From: Candidatus Heimdallarchaeota archaeon | GTDB taxonomy: Archaea > Asgardarchaeota > Heimdallarchaeia > Hodarchaeales > Hodarchaeaceae | Direction: 5' to 3' | Length of the DNA: 46,371 nt | NCBI GenBank assembly: GCA_020353515.1 | Contig: CP070695.1 | Span: 47,485 to 93,855, forward strand | Part shown: positions 10,298-20,055 of the stretch, one piece after another | Layout: each line of letters begins with the position of its first letter | Numbering within the stretch: position 1 is the stretch's first letter | The notes under the pieces: generated by a model | What the model was told of the DNA's origin: nothing | Database searches by the model: none | Seen by the model: the letters and a program-made list of their open reading frames with translations, nothing else | Position numbers and translations under genes: made by a program

Positions 10298-13197
10298 TAT
10301 TTTCCCCCAATTTGAAAAAGATTATTTTCTGGAACTCTTATTAAAAATTCCCCATATTGTTTATCTCCAGTATTAGATGTCATTCTGAAATAATAATGAT
10401 ATTTTCTATAACCAACAAATGGTAAATACTCAGTAGACCATCCCCATCGTCCTGTATTACCAATTGCATAACATCCACTATTAACAATTGGTACTAATAG
10501 ATTCTGTCCATCTCCAATGTTCCATATTTCTATATTAACACTGGTAACAGATACATCAAAAGCACCAATAAGTTGGGGATTATGATCAGCCATTCTAATT
10601 AAGTGATCAATTGTTCTTATTGATGGTAAAAGTTCTTGTCCGCCTATAAATAAATCTGATGATAATATTATACTATCTATGCCGGTATCACCTAGAATAA
10701 ATAAATTATGCGTATCATCAAAACTATCTCTTCCATAAATAAATAAATCTTTTCCACTATAAATATAATCCCCGCCAATATTACCCCAAATAAATAAATT
10801 CTGTGTATTATTGAGACTATTTCCTCCGTGAATAAATAAGTCACCAGATATCTTAATTGATGATAAAGATTCCATAAATAATGTTATATTATTATTAATC
10901 GGATTAGGATATGCGGCCATACCACTCCAATAACCCATAATAGTAAAATCATCTCTCGGCGTACTTGCTTGTTCTGAATATGCAACAACACCAGAATGAG
11001 TATTGACAAGCATATTACAGTTTGATCTACCATAATCTGTTAATGCATCAACTCCACATAAATTAAATTTTCTTTCTAATTGATTTCCAGATGTTTTAAT
11101 TCCGCATATTAAGGCATCATTGAGATCACGATGTCCAAGCATAACATCGGCAACAGCGCCACTCGGTACACCACTAACTTCAACTGTCTCCCATACAGCA
11201 TCATTAATCGGATTAGCTCCATTGGGAATAAATAATTCTGTATAATCCCCCGGAGGTACTGACCAATAACCGACTGGTAATATGTATGACCATTTAGAAT
11301 CATTATATTGTCTGGCAAGTTCTATCGTCCCACTAACACCACTCGTTTTAACACATGTTGTTGCAAATGATGCAGATTGTTCTAATGCCCCTTGACCAGC
11401 ATTGCATTTTAATTTTCTTTCATTAGTTGACCCAACTTCCCTAACACCGACCCATGAACCATTAGCATATTTATGCTCAATCATTACTTCTGCAAAAACA
11501 TCTCCTGGGACACCAAATGAACTTAAATGTGCTGGACCAAAAGAAGTATCTCCCAAATCAGTATCCCACTCTAATCTTCCCATAGTTTCTGTATATTGAG
11601 GACCAAGCCAATATCCAATTAGATAAAAGTCCAGGTCTTCGGCATTTTCAGCAAAACATTCTATTTTACCACCAGATGTTTGAACATGAAGAGTACAGCA
11701 GTTTTCACCATCTTGAGCATCGAAAGTACCACTTTGTAATATATAAAAGCATCTTTCAAGTTGTGATCCTGGTGTACGAACACCGCCAGACCACGAAGCA
11801 TAATGTTTTGTATTGCTGATTAACATATGCGCAACTATACTAGCACCAGTAAGATCTGATGGAATATAATCACTTAAGTCGAGGTCGACCCATGATCCAC
11901 TAGTTGGAAGATTAAATTTTCTCCATTCTTCAACATAATGTGTAGTATAATCTTGTTTCCATGTTTGAAGAAATAGATCGACCTGACCATATGCTGGTAA
12001 CTGAGTAAATCCGGCCACACATATTCCAGATAATGTTTGATTAAAAGGAACATAACATAGTGCAAAGTTATTAGTATCAAAAGTAGTTTGTGTCGGCCCA
12101 TATATATGTGAAGTTTCTTCAATTTCATCAAATTCATATTCGTTACTTAATATTATCGAAGTTCCATCTATAGTTGCTATTTTAGAATTTGCATAGCAAA
12201 CATATCTATATGGAGGACCAATAAATTTATTATAAGCATATGATATTATAGTATGTGAACTATCAGTACCTGGCAGTACTGAAACAGAACATGAAACCAC
12301 ATTATCATCATTAGATGTAGTAAAAATTAATGGTTCTTCAAGTGTTATAGTAGATCCGTCGATAGTCCCTATTCTAATCGAATTATTAATGGCTGGAATC
12401 TGATTATAATGAGCGATAATAAACCTTGATTCATCTAGACTTGCTAATGATATTGCTCCCGCAGCTTTTGGATAGTAATTATTTTCTATATCACAAATAG
12501 AACTTATTGTGGTTCCACTAATAGTGCATAGACACAACATATTGTCAACATTAGATGGATGATTACTATGCGCAAGTACAAAACTACTTGGACTAAGTAA
12601 TGTTGCATCAAGAAAAAAAGACGTTGTTGTATGATCATCTACAAATTCGTGTGCATTTCCAAAAGTAATTGTACTACCACTTATCTCACCAATTTTAGCA
12701 GCAGAAACCCATATGTTCCCATGAAACGGACTATAATATATATTATGAAAAAAAACAATGAAACTAGATGGACTAATTGGCATCGTACCAACAACTTCAA
12801 ATCCACTGCCTGGAGCATTAAATTCAATTCCAGAACCAAAGGTAACATCTGTGCCACTAACCGTTCCAAGTCTAACAATATTATGACTATATGGATATAT
12901 ATCATCTACATATTCATACGATAAAATAATACCAGATGAATTTAATGCTGAAATATCAATGGCATGTGAAACATGATCTTCAAAAATAATTTCATCATCA
13001 AAAAATATTTCAGTAGGATTAGATAATGTACCGACTCTAACTCTACCTGGAAAATATGATCCCGATGGAAGACCAGATGATGCTGATTCGTCTGATGAAT
13101 ATGCAACAATAAATTTGGACGAATCAAGTTTGGTACTACATAGATTCTTAGTTCCACTACTATTAATTTCGTACTTATTTCCAAAGATTATGGCCAT
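10297..13197 (-). CDS. Large virion surface protein (propeller-like N-terminus, three GYW-ending domains, LFIxG repeats)
   Basis: 966 aa with visible internal repeats; C-terminal domain paralogous to 13215..13562. Confidence 0.55.
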   Translation of the reverse strand: MAIIFGNKYEINSSGTKNLCSTKLDSSKFIVAYSSDESASSGLPSGSYFPGRVRVGTLSNPTEIFFDDEIIFEDHVSHAIDISALNSSGIILSYEYVDDIYPYSHNIVRLGTVSGTDVTFGSGIEFNAPGSGFEVVGTMPISPSSFIVFFHNIYYSPFHGNIWVSAAKIGEISGSTITFGNAHEFVDDHTTTSFFLDATLLSPSSFVLAHSNHPSNVDNMLCLCTISGTTISSICDIENNYYPKAAGAISLASLDESRFIIAHYNQIPAINNSIRIGTIDGSTITLEEPLIFTTSNDDNVVSCSVSVLPGTDSSHTIISYAYNKFIGPPYRYVCYANSKIATIDGTSIILSNEYEFDEIEETSHIYGPTQTTFDTNNFALCYVPFNQTLSGICVAGFTQLPAYGQVDLFLQTWKQDYTTHYVEEWRKFNLPTSGSWVDLDLSDYIPSDLTGASIVAHMLISNTKHYASWSGGVRTPGSQLERCFYILQSGTFDAQDGENCCTLHVQTSGGKIECFAENAEDLDFYLIGYWLGPQYTETMGRLEWDTDLGDTSFGPAHLSSFGVPGDVFAEVMIEHKYANGSWVGVREVGSTNERKLKCNAGQGALEQSASFATTCVKTSGVSGTIELARQYNDSKWSYILPVGYWSVPPGDYTELFIPNGANPINDAVWETVEVSGVPSGAVADVMLGHRDLNDALICGIKTSGNQLERKFNLCGVDALTDYGRSNCNMLVNTHSGVVAYSEQASTPRDDFTIMGYWSGMAAYPNPINNNITLFMESLSSIKISGDLFIHGGNSLNNTQNLFIWGNIGGDYIYSGKDLFIYGRDSFDDTHNLFILGDTGIDSIILSSDLFIGGQELLPSIRTIDHLIRMADHNPQLIGAFDVSVTSVNIEIWNIGDGQNLLVPIVNSGCYAIGNTGRWGWSTEYLPFVGYRKYHYYFRMTSNTGDKQYGEFLIRVPENNLFQIGGK

Positions 13198-13214
13198 AAA
13201 TTACACCCAATAAA

Positions 13215-13562
13215 TTAATTTTGTATAATATATGAACTTTTATCATTCAATGATGGCATAATTCCGTCTTTACCTTCATGAGATATTAAAACAAAATCAC
13301 CTTCATCGGTATTACTACCATCTGACATTCTCCAATGAAATTGTTGACGAGTAGCAGCCAAAGTTGGAATACCACTTGTAGACCATGTATATCGTCCCGT
13401 ATTATTAATTTCGGTACAACTACTTGCGGCAATAGATACTATTTCTCCATTTTCCCAAAGTTCGATATTAACAGTCTGTCCTGTAATTAACTCGCCAACA
13501 ATGGCTGGTGGTGAATCTGGAGAAAAATCAAATTCTATTATTGACTTCCCAATTAAAGCCAT
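13215..13562 (-). CDS. Small beta-rich virion protein
   Basis: VNIELW...CTEINNTGRYTWST...FHWRM matches the C-terminus of the 966-aa neighbour. Confidence 0.5.
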   Translation of the reverse strand: MALIGKSIIEFDFSPDSPPAIVGELITGQTVNIELWENGEIVSIAASSCTEINNTGRYTWSTSGIPTLAATRQQFHWRMSDGSNTDEGDFVLISHEGKDGIMPSLNDKSSYIIQN

Positions 13563-13586
13563 TTTAAACCTCCTAACATAACATAT

Positions 13587-13973
13587 TTATTTTAACTGAT
13601 TATCTACTAATTCTACTAATTGATCAAGAATATTCTGTGTCATAAAGTATTGTTTAAATTCCTTCTCCGTATATCTAATTCGAGATGCTACATAACGAGG
13701 CCGTAAAGGAAATTTAAGAGTGTGTAATCGTTTTACAACAGTTGAAGAATTAACCCCTAAAAGTCTTCCAACTTGAGAAGCAGAAAGACCTAAATTATAA
13801 AGCGAAATAAAGATAAAATCTGGAAAAATTTTATTAGCCTCTGACCTATTTCTAGTTTTATTTGATTTTCTCAAAATGATATATATTTTAGTTGCGCTAC
13901 AACCAATTATTTGTGCTATTTCAGCACAACTAAGACCATTTTCATATAATTCTATAATATTTTCAATCATCAA
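13587..13973 (-). CDS. Tandem HTH DNA-binding protein
   Basis: Two units: LYENGLSCAEIAQIIGCSATKIYIIL and LYNLGLSASQVGRLLGVNSSTVVKRL. Confidence 0.7.
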   Translation of the reverse strand: MMIENIIELYENGLSCAEIAQIIGCSATKIYIILRKSNKTRNRSEANKIFPDFIFISLYNLGLSASQVGRLLGVNSSTVVKRLHTLKFPLRPRYVASRIRYTEKEFKQYFMTQNILDQLVELVDNQLK

Positions 13974-14010
13974 TGTAATATCTCAAAAAAGACCTTTCAT
14001 TAGCTATTTA

Positions 14011-14020
14011 ATTATACACC
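14011..14020 (-). promoter_or_regulatory. Putative late promoter GGTGTATAAT
   Basis: Recurring motif, just downstream of the MCP terminator. Confidence 0.6.
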
Positions 14021-14050
14021 ATTAAATAAAACTCTATATATAATAAAATA

Positions 14051-14084
14051 AAAATAGGGCTGACAATTAGCCAGCCCATTTTTT
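14051..14084 (-). terminator. Terminator after major capsid gene (possibly bidirectional)
   Basis: GGGCTG(14057-62)/CAGCCC(14072-77) stem flanked by A- and T-tracts. Confidence 0.7.
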
Positions 14085-14104
14085 ATTGGAAATTATTTAT
14101 TAGA

Positions 14105-15139
14105 TTAGAATGAACCTATTAAAATTCTCCTTCCATCAAGAGCACCAAATCCATGCTCTTGCCATCCGTAGAATCCAGCCTTACGCTTGCGATGAAGAGT
14201 ATCATCTTCAAAAATTGATAGAGGTTCCTTAACTGGCATTATAAAAGAATCTCCATGAGATAAATCTAAGCCAATAACTATTTCCTCATCGTTAGTACCC
14301 ATACTTACACCCAAAGTTGCAAAATATGTCTGAAGTTCTTGTCCAACTCCTAATTCGTCCAGTGGATGTAGATTTACACCGTAAATACGAGCCATTGGAC
14401 CGCCATCATCCTCAGAAGTGAAAATTTCTCTGCGAGTTAAATCATCAACTTCATCCTTATCCCATTCACGAATGTCTTCTAGTGCTTCTGGGCTGATATA
14501 TAGATCGGTTAGACGACCACGATTTGGAGTAGCACTATTACCACCAGCAAGACGAACCATTGTGGTTTTCATAAGAGAAACAAGACGTTTTGTAAATTGA
14601 CCAACATTTGCAGCACTGTCATAAACTAATGGAGCACCACCGGCATAATCAGTCCGACCAACACCAGCGGCTATAATTACTCTCCATCCGTCAGTATTCA
14701 TTTTCTTGACGAAGCCAGCTTCTAAGACCTCCATTGCACGAGCAACAATATTCCAACGTGCAGTTCTTGCATATCTTAGTGGCCAGTCAATTGAGTTTCC
14801 AACCTGATATGTCTGAATTGTTACTGCATCCCCGACAACAGTACGTTGTGGCAAAGCACCCTCGCTAGGAATCTGATATGCTACATAATCGTTTTCTTGA
14901 CCTGTTTGATATAAATCTAATGGATATTCAGCAGTTGCACTTGGGTCAAGTTCTTCTACCGCAAAAATTCCGTCCAGAATATCACCATCTAGCAATGCTG
15001 ACCGTAATGGCACTTGCAAGGCTTGTGCTAGCGAATGCATAGCTTCCAAAGCCTCTGTCTTGTTATTGGAACCAGTACATCTCAAAAGTTCAATCTGATC
15101 TTGAGTTGGTTTTATGATATTACGCTTCACTCTTTTCAC
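14105..15139 (-). CDS. Major capsid protein (HK97 fold)
   Basis: 344 aa after protease and decoration genes; LTDLYISPEALEDIREW and C-terminal GFYGWQEHGFGALDGRRILIG; RBS AGGAG; terminator follows. Confidence 0.8.
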   Translation of the reverse strand: MKRVKRNIIKPTQDQIELLRCTGSNNKTEALEAMHSLAQALQVPLRSALLDGDILDGIFAVEELDPSATAEYPLDLYQTGQENDYVAYQIPSEGALPQRTVVGDAVTIQTYQVGNSIDWPLRYARTARWNIVARAMEVLEAGFVKKMNTDGWRVIIAAGVGRTDYAGGAPLVYDSAANVGQFTKRLVSLMKTTMVRLAGGNSATPNRGRLTDLYISPEALEDIREWDKDEVDDLTRREIFTSEDDGGPMARIYGVNLHPLDELGVGQELQTYFATLGVSMGTNDEEIVIGLDLSHGDSFIMPVKEPLSIFEDDTLHRKRKAGFYGWQEHGFGALDGRRILIGSF

Positions 15140-15143
15140 CTCC

Positions 15144-15641
15144 TTATCCTATATCAATAGACACCCTAGCAAAACCATTAGCATCCTTTGTGGTCTCAAA
15201 ACGACCAACAACAGGAGTGGCTGTGCCACCAAAAGAACCAGATGTGGTACTAATATTACCACTAGCACCAAGATACGCGATACCCCCGGTTACTGGAGTA
15301 CCAGTAATCATGTCTGTTACGACAAAACCTTTCTTAACTAAAGTACATTTGTCACCAGGACGAATTTCCTGATTCTCGTAATTAATAAAATCACGATTAG
15401 TACTCATTACGGGAGAAACAGTCTGTAGTAAAATTCCCTTTGGAACTGCACCAGATGCACTTGTAGCATAACTAACCACATTTGGCTCATCAGTATAATT
15501 CTGCCCAATAGCGGCACCAGAACCTTGAGTAACTACACTTGCTACTCCACCTTTCTCAGCGCTTGTCTGATCAGTATACCAAAAATTCGTAATATCGGTA
15601 GTTTCATTATATTCACGATCTGGCTTCAAAGCCATATCCAT
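15144..15641 (-). CDS. Head decoration/cement protein
   Basis: 165 aa between scaffold and MCP; PKGILL..GDKCTLVKKGFVVTD..AYLGASG..VGRF pattern. Confidence 0.6.
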   Translation of the reverse strand: MDMALKPDREYNETTDITNFWYTDQTSAEKGGVASVVTQGSGAAIGQNYTDEPNVVSYATSASGAVPKGILLQTVSPVMSTNRDFINYENQEIRPGDKCTLVKKGFVVTDMITGTPVTGGIAYLGASGNISTTSGSFGGTATPVVGRFETTKDANGFARVSIDIG

Positions 15642-15649
15642 TCACCTCC

Positions 15650-17077
15650 TTAATCTTTCTTTTCTTTACGACCACACAATGCTTGTGCTGTTGCCAACCA
15701 TTGATCACCTTTTGATGTTTTACTGTTTATATTCAAATCAGCATCTTCTTCTACTTCTACACAATCAAGAGATGCTTCTGACAACTCTACATCACCTTTC
15801 TTATTATCCCCAGCATATTTAAGAATTAAAGCAAATGTTTCATCTGTCATTTCACGTACTTCGGCCAATGTGGCATCCTCGTTTTCAACCTTTTTAACTT
15901 CCAAAAGCTTAACCAAACGATCATGGGCAATCTGATCTTTTTTAATTTTATTTAGTTCAGATTCCGCCTTTTCAGTACGCTCAGTTATTTTTGTCAAGCT
16001 TTTATTCAATTCATCTCTTTCTACTTTAATAGCATCAATCTCCTTAGACGCTTTACTAAGACTGTTTGTTAGTTCATCAATCTCAGTTTTGAAAGTAGTA
16101 ATCTGATCTTCATAATCATTATTATTACTTTTCTTAAATTCAGCAATTTCTTCTTGCAACTTAGTTAATTCTTCGTCCTTTTTAACCAACTCAGCTTGAG
16201 CATCCTGTAATTTAGTCTTCATTTCATTAACCTGATTTTCATCCACGTCCACTACACCTCCTTCCAAAAATTCACTTACTTTAGCTGTTACAAAATTACT
16301 AGATTTTATATTCTGATTGGCAGCTACTTTAATAATAGATTCTGGATTAGCAGGTACATCAACGATGCCCTGAGCACCAAAAATAATATCTCTTAAAATT
16401 CTGCCTATTTGATATTCCTGATATTTACCATTCCCACCATAAGCAACCAGGTGTTTAGTGAGAAATGCAGTTTCGTTTGTGCGCTCAACAACCTTGATTT
16501 CATTAGTTTTAGGATTGATAAATCCATAATCAAAATTTGGAAACCAAGCTTCCATGGAAACGAATATTTCATCAGCCTGAGCTTTTGAAATAATTTCATC
16601 AATTCTGGACATTAATCCTGGAAATTGTTTATATAATACACCAGCCACTTCAATATCAAATTTATCTGGAAGTTTTTTATTATCAAGAATTTCATTTCCA
16701 TCTTTATCTAGTACTCTACTTTGTACAATATGACCTAAAATTTGATTAGCTTGATGATTATCATTAATTGGTTTATGTAGGGGGGTCAATCTAGCCTTCC
16801 ATACTTCTTCTGGCAAAAATATATCATCATTAAGATTCCATCCAGTGCTAACCAAAATTGCGACAAGTAATGCCAAATCTGGTTGTTCTTGTCCAAGCAA
16901 TTCTTCAACTGATGTTACAGTCGCAGATGTAGGAAATAAATTCTCAATTGGCATACCATCAAAATATTTCTTCAAATCACTTATCCTAGCTTTCGCTGTT
17001 ACGATAGCAGATGATCCATCTTTATTGTTTAAAGAAAAATTAATATTATCTTTTATTTCAGCAGGATAAATACGCAT
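15650..17077 (-). CDS. Prohead protease-scaffold fusion
   Basis: Likely start MRIYP at 17077; GWNLNDD..HKPINDNH..ILGHI..VSMEAW..FGAQGIVDVPANPES protease-like domain followed by an acidic coiled coil. Confidence 0.7.
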   Translation of the reverse strand: MRIYPAEIKDNINFSLNNKDGSSAIVTAKARISDLKKYFDGMPIENLFPTSATVTSVEELLGQEQPDLALLVAILVSTGWNLNDDIFLPEEVWKARLTPLHKPINDNHQANQILGHIVQSRVLDKDGNEILDNKKLPDKFDIEVAGVLYKQFPGLMSRIDEIISKAQADEIFVSMEAWFPNFDYGFINPKTNEIKVVERTNETAFLTKHLVAYGGNGKYQEYQIGRILRDIIFGAQGIVDVPANPESIIKVAANQNIKSSNFVTAKVSEFLEGGVVDVDENQVNEMKTKLQDAQAELVKKDEELTKLQEEIAEFKKSNNNDYEDQITTFKTEIDELTNSLSKASKEIDAIKVERDELNKSLTKITERTEKAESELNKIKKDQIAHDRLVKLLEVKKVENEDATLAEVREMTDETFALILKYAGDNKKGDVELSEASLDCVEVEEDADLNINSKTSKGDQWLATAQALCGRKEKKD

Positions 17078-17161
17078 ATAATTAACCCCCATCATATGAT
17101 TTATACACAATTATAATATTAAAATACATCTAAAAAAAGAACATTCATTAATTAGATTAAT

Positions 17162-17482
17162 TTATTTTTTATTGGCTTTAATAAAATTAATTATATCAAC
17201 TTTTGCCTTATCGTCATCATAGACAATCTTAGAAGCCAGTCCTTCATCACCCAATTCTTTAACAGCATTAGTAGCTATATCTATAGAAGATGGTAAATAG
17301 AACGATCTTCTTTCCATCATTCCATTAACATCAATTTCTCTAATATATGAAAAATCAATTTCTTCTCTTCCATCAAATATATATTTACCAATATTAAATT
17401 CATTTGCCGGAATTAATATTCCATCAATGGTCATAACCGCCTGTCTACTTTTAGTGTCTAGAGATACATTAACAATAGCCAT
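17162..17482 (-). CDS. Hypothetical head-module protein
   Basis: 106 aa ORF with RBS AGGAGG. Confidence 0.5.
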   Translation of the reverse strand: MAIVNVSLDTKSRQAVMTIDGILIPANEFNIGKYIFDGREEIDFSYIREIDVNGMMERRSFYLPSSIDIATNAVKELGDEGLASKIVYDDDKAKVDIINFIKANKK

Positions 17483-17484
17483 AA

Positions 17485-17868
17485 TTATCCTCCTAAATTA
17501 GATTTACAAGAATTAATAAATTCTCTTTCCGTATTAGTTAAACCACCCTTTGATTTATATGATTCTAATAATGCCTTAGCATGTCTTTGTAAATGAGATT
17601 TTGCCCTACCTCTAAAAGCACTAGCACCTTCTTTCACAGGTTTAACTTGATTAACTCTAGCTAAAGCATTTCTTAAATGTGGTAAATCAACTGTTCCATT
17701 AGCATTAGGATCAGTAGCACTTTGGGTATGATGTGGTAAGTGACGATATTTTTGTAAAGTTTTGCCTTTATCGTCTTTCTCTGCTCCTTTCTCAACTATA
17801 AAAGCAGCATCAGGAAAACTCTTATCTCCATATGTATTCAATGCCTCAAAAAATCTTTTAAAATCCAT
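17485..17868 (-). CDS. Conserved phage head-associated protein
   Basis: FPDAAF..RHLPHH..VDLPHLRNALAR motif recalled from portal-protease intervals. Confidence 0.5.
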   Translation of the reverse strand: MDFKRFFEALNTYGDKSFPDAAFIVEKGAEKDDKGKTLQKYRHLPHHTQSATDPNANGTVDLPHLRNALARVNQVKPVKEGASAFRGRAKSHLQRHAKALLESYKSKGGLTNTEREFINSCKSNLGG

Positions 17869-17875
17869 AACCTGC

Positions 17876-20005
17876 CTACCTCTTTCGATTTAAATTAATC
17901 CACGCCAAAACAGTAAGATTTCTACGTTCTCTAATATTCGGTTCTCTATTTGCATAAGCAATAAAATCAGATTTTAATTTATCAAATATTTTCTGCATAT
18001 AAATATCTTGTCCAACAATGGAGTTCAATCTCTCATTAATAACATTATTATTAACAGTATCACTTGGTAATAAAACTGATAAAATTCCCCTTTTAACTAA
18101 TTCAAGTTGTTCTCTCTGGGACTTAGTAAGTAATTTCATATTTTTAATATTATTATATTCAAGATATTTATTATCTATAAATTTATCAATAGAATCTAAT
18201 AATGTATTTCCAATAGTTTGTAAAACAGAAAAAGTATGTGGAGTCCTTTCATCTCTTGGCGCAGTATCTTTTGTTGATGGTGGTCTGCCTGGGGAATTAT
18301 CTCCTTCATCTGTGGGTTGATCTCCAAGTGGATTATCTCCACCATTATTATCAGTAGTTGTTTTTGGAAGATCACTATGTCTATTTAAACCCTGTTTAAC
18401 TTTCTCTACTTGAATAGCAAGGTCTGTTTGTTTTTCCATAACAGAAAATGGGCGATTATACGGATTGGATTTTTCAAGTATACCTGGATCATTTTCTCTA
18501 ATTTGCTGTTCTGATTTAAGCCTTTCTAATTCTATCATATAATTAACACCAAAAACTTCAGCAACTTTCTCCGATGATATAATTCCTCTGTCTAGTAATT
18601 GTATCATCAATTGTTTTTCAGCAGCCTCATCCCTTAAAGACATAGTGCCAAAATTAATAGCTGGAATTTGTTTAAATCCCATTGCATCTGCAACCAATCT
18701 TAATTCGTATTGCATCCACCGAATAGCCCTGCCCCTCACATATTCAAGTCTTTCTACCAAAGTTTTAAGTTGTACAAAAGCGGATTGAGCATTACGTGTA
18801 CCGAGATCTTGTCCGCCTATTAATGAATCAGGAATTCCTAAACCGCGTACAATATCCGCATTAACACCAACATATTTATCTGGTCCAAGAATTTTATCTA
18901 CTGGGGGATATTCAACCTGTAAATCTATCATATCGTCCCAAACCAGGTCCATAACTCCCCCACCAATATTATGCTGTAAAATATCAATTAATTTATCAAC
19001 AATGGCTGGTGATGGCATAATCTGTTGATCAGATTTTCCCAATTTCCACAAACGAATAACGTTAATAACACCATCTAATGCTGCCATGTCAGCTAATCTC
19101 ATTTTCTCCTTAAACATTATATCTTCGAGTACCCCATAGAGAAATGGTGTTCCCCAATCTTCCCAATCATCCTTTTTGTAATAATCAACATAAATCTTAT
19201 TCATATCCAACGCAATTGTGTTACTTCCATGCTTAACCCCCATAACTATCTCTGGAGGTAATTTTTCAACAAAGTCTTTTTCTGCTATTGTTTGGGGATT
19301 TCTTATTGAATTAGCAAGCGAAGTTGGAATTCTTATACCTAACGAATCTGAGCCAAAAAATCTTCCAACTTCACCACCTATTTTTTCTACAATGGCTGGA
19401 GACAAAAAGATATATTTCCATGGAATAACTCTTTTATCAATACGTTTTGAGGGAATATTAATTTTTTCTGGAGGATCGGCAACTTTGGTTTCATCAACTA
19501 CACCAATTAATCGAACACCCTTTGTCATTTCCTTAGCAACTGGCTTCGGCAAAAAAGCATTCTTACGTCTAACAATAACATTCGCATCTCTCATTAAAAG
19601 TTTCATATAATCATGAGCCCTACCTGATAAATCAACTTTTTTGGCCCATTTCCGATAAAATCTTTCTTGAGTCTTAATCGGATGCTGTAACTCTAAACCT
19701 TCTGCTGCGAAATCGGTCATAAGGTCAATAATATTTCTAACCATACCAACCTTGCGATAGACGGCTTGACAACCTAAAATGATATCAACATGTTTTTGGG
19801 GTAATTTATCGGCAGGACGATAACTGTCATAATCGTAACGATTGTGTCCGGCTCTCAAGTTAATATTTGTGGCAGTTGCATGCTTAATTCCTCCTTGAGT
19901 TGAACATATATCTGGTAAAGTATATTCATCAAGATTTTTATCACACTTGACATATAGACTAGGAATAAGAGGTTGAGATTTAGGACTATTTATTTGTTTT
20001 GGCAT
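17876..20005 (-). CDS. Portal protein
   Basis: 709 aa directly after TerL; YRKVGMVRNIIDLM, KKDDWEDWGTPFL, LGIPDSLIGG; acidic/Pro-rich tail. Confidence 0.75.
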   Translation of the reverse strand: MPKQINSPKSQPLIPSLYVKCDKNLDEYTLPDICSTQGGIKHATATNINLRAGHNRYDYDSYRPADKLPQKHVDIILGCQAVYRKVGMVRNIIDLMTDFAAEGLELQHPIKTQERFYRKWAKKVDLSGRAHDYMKLLMRDANVIVRRKNAFLPKPVAKEMTKGVRLIGVVDETKVADPPEKINIPSKRIDKRVIPWKYIFLSPAIVEKIGGEVGRFFGSDSLGIRIPTSLANSIRNPQTIAEKDFVEKLPPEIVMGVKHGSNTIALDMNKIYVDYYKKDDWEDWGTPFLYGVLEDIMFKEKMRLADMAALDGVINVIRLWKLGKSDQQIMPSPAIVDKLIDILQHNIGGGVMDLVWDDMIDLQVEYPPVDKILGPDKYVGVNADIVRGLGIPDSLIGGQDLGTRNAQSAFVQLKTLVERLEYVRGRAIRWMQYELRLVADAMGFKQIPAINFGTMSLRDEAAEKQLMIQLLDRGIISSEKVAEVFGVNYMIELERLKSEQQIRENDPGILEKSNPYNRPFSVMEKQTDLAIQVEKVKQGLNRHSDLPKTTTDNNGGDNPLGDQPTDEGDNSPGRPPSTKDTAPRDERTPHTFSVLQTIGNTLLDSIDKFIDNKYLEYNNIKNMKLLTKSQREQLELVKRGILSVLLPSDTVNNNVINERLNSIVGQDIYMQKIFDKLKSDFIAYANREPNIRERRNLTVLAWINLNRKR

Positions 20006-20038
20006 CTTATCTCCCTTAAAACGATTAAATTACAATTA

Positions 20039-20048
20039 ATTATACACC
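20039..20048 (-). promoter_or_regulatory. Putative late promoter GGTGTATAAT
   Basis: Intergenic between TerL and portal; identical to 1654 and 14011. Confidence 0.6.
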
Positions 20049-20055
20049 ATATATA

